This document shows positions 43,045 through 51,516 of a stretch of 64,000 bases of DNA, one piece after another. Each line of letters opens with the position of its first letter. Position 1 is the first letter of the stretch. The stretch covers positions 1 to 64,000 of IMG/VR virus record IMGVR_UViG_3300023278_002893; one strand, 5' to 3'. The notes beneath the pieces are model-generated. The model was not told the DNA's origin and searched no databases. It was given only the letters and a program-made list of their open reading frames with translations. Position numbers and translations under genes: made by a program.

Positions 43045-44076
43045 ATGATTACGCTCGACACTTTTATCGGGAACACCGAACTAATTCAGCTCCTGAAAAT
43101 AGAAGTAATGGCAGCAAGAATGCGCAACAAAGAAATGCCCCACGTTTTACTAAAAGGCCCGGCTGGGTGCGGAAAGACTACCCTCGGAGAGGTACTCGCA
43201 CGCGAATTTGGAGGGGAGCTGACAACGCTCACCCCCAATACCGCAAAGAACGCGGACGACTTAAGAAAGTTCTTCCTGGAGATGCCGGATCAGGGGTACG
43301 ATGAGGAAGGCAAAATAGTTGGTAAAATAGATCCTCAAATCGTATTCATCGACGAGGTTCACCAACTGTCTCTGCTAGCCCAGGAGCTGTTGGGAATCGC
43401 AATGCATGACTGGAGACTTCCTGTCAGGGTAGGGGGCAAGGATGAGTTCGAATGGGTACCTAGATTTACATTAGTGGGTGCAACTACCGTACCTGGAAAA
43501 CTATCTAAACCCTTCCGAGACAGATTCAAGGTACAAGCCCTGTTCGAAACCTATTCCCACAGAGAATCTCTAGAGATAGTAGATGTTCACGCCAGGAATG
43601 AAGGTCTCCAGCTGGGTGAGGGTGTCTCAGATTCGATAGCAAAGAGATCCAGAGGAGTGGGACGTCTCTTGGTAAGGTATTTAGACAGACTTGCATCAGC
43701 GGCAGTGGTGGCATCTCAGGTCAGACCGGAGGGAAGTAATGTTATTACTTTACCTCTTGCAAATAAAATGTTTGCAGATTTCCTAAAAGTGGACGATCGG
43801 GGGCTGACGAAAACGGACATAAAGATCTTAAAGCAGCTCCACCTTCTGGAAGATCCAGTAGGATTAGATACCCTAGCTGCGATAACCAACGAAGAAAAAT
43901 CTACCATAGAACAAGAAATTGAACCATATTTAGTGCAGGAGGGGCTACTAGCCCGAACTAAACGTGGTCGAGTTATAACAGACGAAGGCAGACGATATTT
44001 ACACACCGCCGGCTACATCAAACTGGCGCCTACCTCGGCGAGAGGGGGCCGCATTATGGGAGCATCGGAGAAATGA
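43045..44076 (+). CDS. ruvB: Holliday junction branch-migration AAA+ ATPase RuvB
   Basis: HVLLKGPAGCGKTTL, FIDEVH, FTLVGATT, PFRDRF, EPYLVQEG...RTKRGR. Confidence 0.92.
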   Translation: MITLDTFIGNTELIQLLKIEVMAARMRNKEMPHVLLKGPAGCGKTTLGEVLAREFGGELTTLTPNTAKNADDLRKFFLEMPDQGYDEEGKIVGKIDPQIVFIDEVHQLSLLAQELLGIAMHDWRLPVRVGGKDEFEWVPRFTLVGATTVPGKLSKPFRDRFKVQALFETYSHRESLEIVDVHARNEGLQLGEGVSDSIAKRSRGVGRLLVRYLDRLASAAVVASQVRPEGSNVITLPLANKMFADFLKVDDRGLTKTDIKILKQLHLLEDPVGLDTLAAITNEEKSTIEQEIEPYLVQEGLLARTKRGRVITDEGRRYLHTAGYIKLAPTSARGGRIMGASEK

Positions 44077-44909
44077 GTCGAGGAAGCGTAGAGTATCTGA
44101 AGAAAAAACTTAAGGGTCCCATCCTAGAAGAAATCATCGACCCCGCGGACTACTCGCGCGACGACATCATGAAGTCATACTTCCGAGAAATCTTATTCCT
44201 AGCGTCTCGTTTTACTCGCCCCTACGTAGATTACGAAGACCTGGTAGATGAGGGAATCATAGGATTGCTTGACGCGATCAAAAGATTCGACATCAAAAAG
44301 GCCAATAACAATCCCAAGGCATTCCACAACCTCGCTATCGTCCGTATAAAGAGCCATATGTTCGAATTCTTCCTAGCGAACAATACTCAATATACGATTC
44401 CGAACTACATGGCACGGGCAATGGAATTGCTCGGACAAATTCGAGCCACTATCAGCAACTCCAACTACCGAGGGAACAAACAGGAAGCTCTTCGACACCT
44501 CGTATGTGAAGACTTCGAGAACACCGCGGCTCCCGAGGCTGTCAAGAAACTAGGGGTAGTGAAAGGCAAGATGCAACGACTTGCTATCAGCTCCGCTAAG
44601 AGCTATGAAGATATGGTACTTACAGTATTGAAGGTCGAAAGGGACATCGAAAGCTACGAAACGCCCGGCAGTGAGGTAGAACCCACACCAGAAGAAATCA
44701 CTGCGGACAGGGAATATATAGAGAAATTCCTGGACAACCTAAATCCCGACGCAAAGGCTGTCATCACCATGGTCTTAGAGGGCAAGTCCCTGAAGGAAGC
44801 TGGTAGAGAGCGTGGATTCTCTCGTGAACGGGCGCGGCAAATCAAAGAGGCTACGATGAAATACTTCAGGGCCACGCCTATGTACAAAGAATCCGTAGAA
44901 AAAGAATAA
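44073..44909 (+). CDS. sigma-70 family RNA polymerase sigma factor
   Basis: Region 2: EDLVDEGIIGLLDAIKRFD; region 4: SLKEAGRERGFSRERARQI. Confidence 0.88.
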   Translation: MSRGSVEYLKKKLKGPILEEIIDPADYSRDDIMKSYFREILFLASRFTRPYVDYEDLVDEGIIGLLDAIKRFDIKKANNNPKAFHNLAIVRIKSHMFEFFLANNTQYTIPNYMARAMELLGQIRATISNSNYRGNKQEALRHLVCEDFENTAAPEAVKKLGVVKGKMQRLAISSAKSYEDMVLTVLKVERDIESYETPGSEVEPTPEEITADREYIEKFLDNLNPDAKAVITMVLEGKSLKEAGRERGFSRERARQIKEATMKYFRATPMYKESVEKE

Positions 44910-44944
44910 TAGCGTTCCCTGAGGGGGAACGTTAGGAGGTCCTA

Positions 44945-46426
44945 ATGAAGCGACTAAGAGCACTGCGGGAGCTTCGAAAAGAGTTAGGGGCAGAAGTTTT
45001 CTTGGTTGGAGGAACGGTCAGAGACCTGATCCGACGAAGAGAACCCAACGACCTGGACGTTATGGTACGAGGAATCGCCCCCGCTGAATTCGAAACTTTC
45101 CTACGTAAAAGGGGTGCCCTAGAACTTGTAGGTGCATCCTTCGGAGTATATCTTTTCAGACCCACCGAAGAGGGAGGGCAGATCGAGATCGCATTCCCCA
45201 GAACTGAAATTAGCACGGGCGACAAGCACGGTGAGAGTGGTTGGAATGCCGTTCCGGACACCGATCTATCCGTGGAAGAAGATTCAAAAAGACGAGATTT
45301 CACTATCAATGCGATGTATCTCAGCATTGATGATGTGACAGAGAGCGGAGAGTTTAAGCGCGAGCGCGTGATTGATTTTCATAACGGGTTGGATCACATA
45401 AAGAAACGCCTTATCGTAGCAGTGGGAGATCCCGAAGAGAGGATTGAAGAAGATCCACTACGTATGATGAGGGCAATGGTTCTAATAGCCCGAACCGGTT
45501 ATCGTTTGGAGGGCAACACCTTCGGCGCGATCAAAAGAAACGTTGGAAAGGTACAATCAGTGTCCGCTGAACGTATCCGAGATGAGTTCATAAAGATCAT
45601 GGAGGCGGAGAAACCTTCTCGCGGATTCAAAGCCATGTCCAGAACTGAACTTCTAGGAATAATCTTTCCAGAACTACACGCATGTACAGGCTGCGGTCAA
45701 AACCCCAAGTACCACTCGTACCCAGTCTTCGAACACAGCATCACAGCGGCAGACGCAGCTTGCTCCCTGACTGACAGGTTAGATGTTAGGTTCGCAGCAC
45801 TTTGCCACGATTTGGGAAAGGTTCCTACGCGGGAAGTGCGCCCGGGAGGTGATGGCCCAAACGACGTCTCGTTCCATAACCACGAGATGGCATCCTGTAA
45901 GCTGACTTACGCTTTCATGTGCCGATTGAAGTTCCCAAAGAAGTTCACCGACGCGGTGATTGCGTTAGTACGAATGCATCAATATAAATACGATCGAGAG
46001 TGGACCGATAAGGCTGTGCGAAGGTTCATTCGGAACATCGGACTCACCCGGGCAGACCTGGACGATCTCGAAAACCACCCCCAGTTCCTACTCAGGATGG
46101 CGGATCGAATGGGAAACCAACTGAAAGTACACCTCCCCGTAACCATCAAACAGAGAGACTTTCAGGGGCGACTTCGAGAAGTGTATGAAAGCTCAGGAGC
46201 CCACAGCCTTCGGGACTTGAAGATCAATGGTCGAGATCTCATAGAACGATTCGTGATCGCTACGGGTCCTGTAGTGGGTAAGGTAATTGCCCACCTGTTT
46301 GACGCGGTGGAGGAAGCTCCGGAACTAAACAACAGGGACGACCTTTTCCGTCTTGCCGGATTGTTCCTAGAGGAGGAAGAAAATGGAAGTGATCAAACTA
46401 ACCGAGTCAGCTCAAGTACAAGCTAA
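44945..46426 (+). CDS. cca: CCA tRNA nucleotidyltransferase with HD domain
   Basis: LVGGTVRD...DLD, RRDFTINA, EDPLRMMRA, ERIRDEF, HS...LCHDLGK. Confidence 0.93.
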   Translation: MKRLRALRELRKELGAEVFLVGGTVRDLIRRREPNDLDVMVRGIAPAEFETFLRKRGALELVGASFGVYLFRPTEEGGQIEIAFPRTEISTGDKHGESGWNAVPDTDLSVEEDSKRRDFTINAMYLSIDDVTESGEFKRERVIDFHNGLDHIKKRLIVAVGDPEERIEEDPLRMMRAMVLIARTGYRLEGNTFGAIKRNVGKVQSVSAERIRDEFIKIMEAEKPSRGFKAMSRTELLGIIFPELHACTGCGQNPKYHSYPVFEHSITAADAACSLTDRLDVRFAALCHDLGKVPTREVRPGGDGPNDVSFHNHEMASCKLTYAFMCRLKFPKKFTDAVIALVRMHQYKYDREWTDKAVRRFIRNIGLTRADLDDLENHPQFLLRMADRMGNQLKVHLPVTIKQRDFQGRLREVYESSGAHSLRDLKINGRDLIERFVIATGPVVGKVIAHLFDAVEEAPELNNRDDLFRLAGLFLEEEENGSDQTNRVSSSTS

Positions 46427-46718
46427 GGAACTGCTGGCAAGAGAATCAGAAGCACCTGCGGGTCTGAGAGTGGAGGCAGTAGCGGGGAGCTGTAATAACT
46501 TGCAGTATAGAATAGGATGGGACAATCCCAAGGAAGGGGATGAGGTTTTTACTTATCCAAATGGAATGGTTGTCATGGTAGACCAGAAATCCTCTGCGAT
46601 GCTGAAGGGCAGCGTCCTAGAATTTCACAACACAAGCGAAGGATCTGGCTTCGAGGTCATCAATCCTCGTTCCACAGGATGTTCCGGTTGTGAGTGCGGT
46701 AATGGTTCTAATGTCTAA
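46383..46718 (+). CDS. iscA: HesB/IscA family Fe-S cluster assembly carrier
   Basis: LRV...GSCN..QY, VDQKS...LKGS.LEF, NP.....CECG. Confidence 0.85.
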   Translation: MEVIKLTESAQVQAKELLARESEAPAGLRVEAVAGSCNNLQYRIGWDNPKEGDEVFTYPNGMVVMVDQKSSAMLKGSVLEFHNTSEGSGFEVINPRSTGCSGCECGNGSNV

Positions 46719-46777
46719 ACGGTGTTAAGTAGCACGTAAGTGGCGGGGCACTGACCTAAACCCGCGCCGTTTAGTAG

Positions 46778-46812
46778 AAAAGCCCACACTAATAGCACAG
46801 TGTGGGCTTTTT
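46778..46812 (+). terminator. intrinsic terminator after iscA
   Basis: 13-bp stem AAAAGCCCACACT/AGTGTGGGCTTTT, 8-nt loop, U-tract. Confidence 0.85.
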
Positions 46813-48600
46813 GCGTTCGGCTCCCGTCCTGACGGAGGCGAACGTCGGGGTCAAATTCGATCCTGGTTGTCACATAGGAGATCCTCTCTCTGTGAGTAAA
46901 ATAGGGCTGAGTTTAGATACCAAAAGATGGGAAAGGCAGCAGGCAAGTAGCCACATAACCTGCCCTACTGGTGCTTTTGGAATTCATCTATTCTCTTGCT
47001 CCGACTTTTGATGTCAAGATTCCTCGACAACCTTACTCCCCAGGCCCAATATCCAAAGTAGGGGCGCCAACGCCTCGAAAGCGGTGCGGGCCTCCCCGAC
47101 CTGTCTCGCAGTAGTTACCCTGAAGGGAAGCTGGATGGGAAGAACGCTGCGAACTCAGAACCCGGGCTCAATCGTATTTGACCTTAAGTCGGAAGACATC
47201 GTTGGATCACGGTTCGGAGATCTTTTCTGAACTATCTAACGGCTCCTGTCTTTCTATAGTACTGTGGGGTAGTTTATACCTGGATTAAAACGGTACGTGT
47301 GTTGACCTTGGATCTTGGGAAAAAGTGAAAGTTTTCCCCCGGGGTTCAGATAAGAGTTCATGTGGCCAGATCACATTTCCTCCCCGAATCTGAATTCATT
47401 ATCCAATACTTCATCACTTCTTACAGACATACAAGAACGAACCCGGTGTTCCTCGGCCAGAAACATTTCGCCAAGGTGACCTACGGCCGTTCTCTATGCA
47501 TTAAGCCCTGATGTATGGGGCTGAAGCGCGCGTGTCTGTAAGAAGCGTATTTAGCAACGTTCGAATCGTTGCCCCCACTCCAGTATCTTTTGCGGAGGAG
47601 TGTTACCTCTTCCGTTTTAGCACCTACACTAACTCCAGTAGGTGCCCGTTAATCTAAATAACAATTCCAGACAGCGTGCTACCCTATATTAGAGTGGGTA
47701 CGTTCAATCGGATCTGTTTATAAGATTACGGTGAGCCACTGAGAACTACTAATTCCCAGTAGGAGTGTAATTCTATTGATGTACTAGTTAAAGTAAAAAA
47801 CCTGGTTGACGGGGGAATCGGTCTGAAGGAAAGTCTTGGAAACACTTGCGGAACTATTGAACTGAAGCCGGATTAGTGAGTATAGCAACCACCAACCCAA
47901 AGCGAATGCTTGACTTGCGTTCAAGAGGGTGTGGTGTGGGAGCTGAAAGCGGAGGTGGATGTGACCTAGCAACAAAAGTACGGAAGAGACTGGAATGATG
48001 ACGGATTTCTGGTTTTCTACTTCTGCGAAGAATGGCTAATGTGCGACCTTGTGGGGATCAATGTAACCCAGTCTTGAACTGGGAAGCTTCCTGCCGGGAC
48101 TTCAGAACCATACTTCTTTCCTACCACGCAAATTTGGTTCGCCAACATCACTGCCTGGCGGGGAAGAGGGTACTCTCGGGTCGGGGGAGTAGTGTCCTCC
48201 GACAATATTTTTTTTACGAGATAGAACTGGTTTAGTCCGTATACTACCCTCGGATGTGCCATAGTTAGGGAAGGTAATCTCCCATCATAGCGAAGAAGCT
48301 TAGACTGATGGGACTGAACTAACTGTGAAGCTGCCTTGTTTATGGAAAAGACGGACCTCCGTGTTAAGTGAAAACCAATTAACTCTGTCAACTTAAGAGA
48401 CAGAAAAGAGCGGTGGAAACTTAAGGCGGGTGGAGTATCTTAGCGTTGGGGTTTTCGATAAAGGCTTTGTGGCCCATACCCTTGGAAGCAATTAGTCAAA
48501 GTAAGTGCGGAAGGTAAGAGATTAGATCTCTCGGCAATCAACAAGGACCTACCCCAGAGTAGGGGATACTTGGAAATGTTCCTTAGAAACGGAGTTCAAC
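46813..48600 (+). ncRNA. about 1.8-kb structured non-coding region (one or several RNAs, family unknown)
   Basis: No credible ORF in an otherwise gene-dense genome; many helices whose G.U pairs are valid only on the + strand. Confidence 0.55.
47264..47582 (+). ncRNA. tRNA-like cloverleaf with a 248-nt insert in place of the anticodon loop
   Basis: Acceptor GTGGGG/CCCCAC + T + CCA; D-stem GTTT/AAAC; stem GTACG/CGTAT; T-arm GCAACG-TTCGAAT-CGTTGC. Confidence 0.65.
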
Positions 48601-48601
48601 A

Positions 48602-49453
48602 ATGATATATGTATTATATAAGGGCTCAGGCTGTCATTCCGGACGTTCACTTCGGAAACAACTTGCAGAACTACACGACGGTCAAGTAGCGGGGGGTTAC
48701 CCCGGACGACTGAAGAAACTGGTGGCGAGGTCGGGAGAACCCGAGTTCGTAGTCAATTTAGGAACCACAGACGAGTTTACTTTAAGTTCTACTTTTTTGA
48801 ACAATAGGGATATGGTCAAAGCTGCGTCTAATAAGAAAGCCGCACGGAAGATATTTGAAGAACAGGGCGTAGCTGCCCCCAAACTTTACCTCAAGGCCGC
48901 CGACATTCCAGAATCAGGATTCCCGGTGGTAGGAAGGACAAGCTACCACTCCAAGGGTAATGGATTTTGGTATTGCAAGAACATGCGGGACGTAAACCAG
49001 GCTGTCAGGAACGGGGCAACCCACTTCATGCAATTCATTCCAAGGACTCGGGAGTATCGTGTTCATACATTCGTCAAAGCGAAGCACATGGGGAAAGAGG
49101 GTCGCGAGGTTGCTGACTTCGTGTCGGTAAAGATCTCCGAAAAGGTATGGACAGGAGAGGGTAAGCCAAACCCCAATGAGCCGCAGAAAAATCACAACTT
49201 TGGTTGGACTTTTCTCGGCCCCCAAAACCGGCGGGAAGAAGAACTAAACGTGGTAAGAAGAGCAGCCAAGGAGTCTATCGCAGCATTGAAAATGGATTTC
49301 GGTGCCGTGGATGTGATGTACCACGTTAGGAGTAAGAGTCCCCACGTATTAGAAGTGAACTCCACTCCCAGCCTGGCAGACGATAACTCAGACACATGTA
49401 GGCGTTATGCCGACCGGATCCTCAGGACTTTGGGGAAACTAAAGGAAAACTAG
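48602..49453 (+). CDS. ATP-grasp ligase (phiEco32/YheC-D-like)
   Basis: AASNKK..R..F, PVVGR..YH..G, EYRVH, DFGAVD, VLEVNSTPSL. Confidence 0.9.
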   Translation: MIYVLYKGSGCHSGRSLRKQLAELHDGQVAGGYPGRLKKLVARSGEPEFVVNLGTTDEFTLSSTFLNNRDMVKAASNKKAARKIFEEQGVAAPKLYLKAADIPESGFPVVGRTSYHSKGNGFWYCKNMRDVNQAVRNGATHFMQFIPRTREYRVHTFVKAKHMGKEGREVADFVSVKISEKVWTGEGKPNPNEPQKNHNFGWTFLGPQNRREEELNVVRRAAKESIAALKMDFGAVDVMYHVRSKSPHVLEVNSTPSLADDNSDTCRRYADRILRTLGKLKEN

Positions 49454-49454
49454 T

Positions 49455-50339
49455 ATGCCCTTTAGCCCCATAGACGCTAATTGGAGTGGATTCCCCGCGG
49501 AGATCATAGAACCAACAAAACTAAAAACGACGGGCGAATGGTTACGTGTACTTCGAAAGATAAAACTGGTATATTACCCCCGCAAACACAACATGATGGG
49601 TGATTACAATAGTGAAGAGATAGGCGACATAGGTGGCTGCACTTTCCACAACGTAAAAGAACTACTGGCAAGATTCTTCGTAACCATCCACGCCAAGAGG
49701 GGTAAGATTACCAATTGGCGAAACTTCTGCATCGGCATCACCAGTCAAATTCAGCGGGGCGGTGAAACAGTCCATCTCCCAATGTTCGACTTCGACGGTC
49801 AGCACATAAAGACCCGGGTAAAAAAGGATATCAAACTCCTACAAAAAAAGTTCAGACTAAGCGACGCCACCATCTACGAAACAAAAGGAGGTCTCCACGT
49901 CTACTTCTTCACAGACGCCGTCAGTAAAAATGACTACATGTCCATGCTGAATACTGTACAAGTCTGTAAGGGATTTCGTTCCGCGGCAAAAAGAAGAGGA
50001 TACGCAGTCCTCCGGCTGAGTGCTAAATATACAACCTTCGACATCATTCCCTACAAAGTGATGACCTCTCCTAATCGCGGGGGAAAACGAGAAGGGGTAA
50101 AAGCAGCGATCATCAAAGAACTGCTTAGACAAGGACAAGAATGTGGCACCCACTTCGCATCTATGTACCCACAATGGGCATGCTACACGGAAGACGAAGT
50201 TCCCTGGAAACCTCCGACCAGGACTAAGAAGGGCAAGCTTATTCGGAAAATGAAGAAGATGCCGGTGGCAGAACCAGGGTATGTGTTAGCCGAAACCGCC
50301 GGGGCAGCGCTGCTCGAGGAACACCTCTACGAATTATAA
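49455..50339 (+). CDS. archaeo-eukaryotic primase (AEP)-superfamily-like protein
   Basis: PMFDFD (DxD), ETKGGLHVYF (TxxGxH), VLRL. Confidence 0.6.
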   Translation: MPFSPIDANWSGFPAEIIEPTKLKTTGEWLRVLRKIKLVYYPRKHNMMGDYNSEEIGDIGGCTFHNVKELLARFFVTIHAKRGKITNWRNFCIGITSQIQRGGETVHLPMFDFDGQHIKTRVKKDIKLLQKKFRLSDATIYETKGGLHVYFFTDAVSKNDYMSMLNTVQVCKGFRSAAKRRGYAVLRLSAKYTTFDIIPYKVMTSPNRGGKREGVKAAIIKELLRQGQECGTHFASMYPQWACYTEDEVPWKPPTRTKKGKLIRKMKKMPVAEPGYVLAETAGAALLEEHLYEL

Positions 50340-50367
50340 TGAGGAAACATACTACATAAAAGAAATT

Positions 50368-50396
50368 TTGACAACTAGGGGATAATAACGTATATT
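50368..50396 (+). promoter_or_regulatory. sigma70-type promoter
   Basis: TTGACA-N17-TATATT. Confidence 0.65.
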
Positions 50397-50444
50397 TATA
50401 CTGAGCCTAAAATGTAGGCACAGCCATTGAAAAGGAGCAACAAA

Positions 50445-50795
50445 ATGAATGAAAGAAATTCTGTGAGTAATTATCTTAAGGTAGCCAAAGCAATTCTTGG
50501 TGAGCTTGGAAGTCCCCTCGCATCCCGAATCCTATACGAGGCCGCAATAGAACGCGACCTCCTCGTAGCGGGAAAGTGGACGTACAATCATTTTCTCCGG
50601 GCAGTTAGAGATGCCGACCAGTTCGACACTTCCAAGCGGGGCTATGTAGGGCTCGCAGATGATGACGTCTCTGGGGTGGTGGAAGAAGACCCGACTAATC
50701 CTGGTCCAATCTTGGAAGAAGTTCCCGCAGCAGGTGCGGAGAGCTTGGAGATGGAAGAGGGCGAAGAGCTTCCTCTTACATCTTCGGTATCCTAA
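50445..50795 (+). CDS. HARE-HTH protein with acidic tail (RNAP delta-subunit-like architecture)
   Basis: YLKVAKAILGELGSPLASRILYEAAIERDLL...F....RGYVGL followed by a D/E-rich C-terminus; AAGGAG RBS. Confidence 0.55.
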   Translation: MNERNSVSNYLKVAKAILGELGSPLASRILYEAAIERDLLVAGKWTYNHFLRAVRDADQFDTSKRGYVGLADDDVSGVVEEDPTNPGPILEEVPAAGAESLEMEEGEELPLTSSVS

Positions 50796-50850
50796 AAGAT
50801 AGGAGCCCCTGGGGGGAGAAACTACTTCCCCCGAGGCTCCGGGATGAACT

Positions 50851-51372
50851 ATGTATGAACTACTTGTAGGGGCATTCTCTCAAGAGATGGACCTATTACT
50901 ACAACACAATGCTTTCATCCGACTCTCAGTATCTCTCTTCTGCGGAGCACTCATCGGATTAGAAAGAGAACATGCGTCGAAGCCAGCGGGATTGAGGACT
51001 AACATCTTCATCTGCTCAGGCTCCGCACTATTCACCCTCGCATCAATCCTGTCCTGGCATTTAGCCGGGGCACCCGCCACAATGGACCCCAGTAGAATAG
51101 CAGCCCAGGTAGTCAATGGGGTGGGATTTCTAGGAGGTGGGGTCATCCTCAAATCAGGACTAAATGTAGTAGGCAGCACCACCGCCGCCACAATATGGTT
51201 CGTGGCCGCAATCGGAATGATTATAGGCTTAGGCTTCCCCCTATTCGGGTTAGTCATAGCCATAGGGGCAACCCTTACGCTCTTCATCTTAGGTCGTATC
51301 GAGAGGTTCTTCTTTCAGGGAACTTTCAGTAAGCACAAAAAAAGCGTATCTTCAGAGAAGATACGCCCATGA
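50851..51372 (+). CDS. mgtC: MgtC/SapB family membrane protein
   Basis: GALIGLERE...KPAGLRT, DPSRIAAQVVNGVGFLGGGVI, TTAATIW..AAIG. Confidence 0.92.
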   Translation: MYELLVGAFSQEMDLLLQHNAFIRLSVSLFCGALIGLEREHASKPAGLRTNIFICSGSALFTLASILSWHLAGAPATMDPSRIAAQVVNGVGFLGGGVILKSGLNVVGSTTAATIWFVAAIGMIIGLGFPLFGLVIAIGATLTLFILGRIERFFFQGTFSKHKKSVSSEKIRP

Positions 51373-51432
51373 GACGATCTTAGATCTTAGATCCTGGAAC
51401 TTCTTATTCTTCCAAGATATATATATATAGAT

Positions 51433-51467
51433 AAAAAAAAGGAGCCCTTGGGGGCTCCTTTTTTTTT
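51433..51467. terminator. bidirectional intrinsic terminator at the strand switch
   Basis: A8-GGAGCCC-TTG-GGGGCTCC-T9 between convergent gene blocks. Confidence 0.9.
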
Positions 51468-51516
51468 GGGGTGCGCGCGCGCTATTGCCGCGATTTCAAT
51501 TCGTTAGTGACTTTTT

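Noticed and set aside
47298-47545. Group I or group II intron as the explanation for the insert in the tRNA-like RNA
   Set aside because: No U|...G| junction pair yields a 7-nt loop with U33; there is no room for P9 after the CAGAC/GUCUG helix; GTGTG at 47297 has no domain V and the insert is too short for group II
47264-47582. Canonical tmRNA
   Set aside because: No G3.U70 or A73 alanine identity, no tag ending in hydrophobic/AA-stop, and a real D-stem is present
47156-47835. RNase P RNA-like strings CAGAACCCGGGCTCA (47156) and GAAGGAAAGTC (47825)
   Set aside because: They are in the reverse order, and the bases after GAAAGTC (TTGG) have no downstream P4 partner
48017-48391. 124-aa minus ORF and other short ORFs in 46.8-48.6 kb
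   Set aside because: No RBS or motifs, opposite to local gene orientation, and they overlap helices best explained as RNA structure; not formally excluded
51415-51429. (AT)n run before the terminator
   Set aside because: Short low-complexity tract with no further structure
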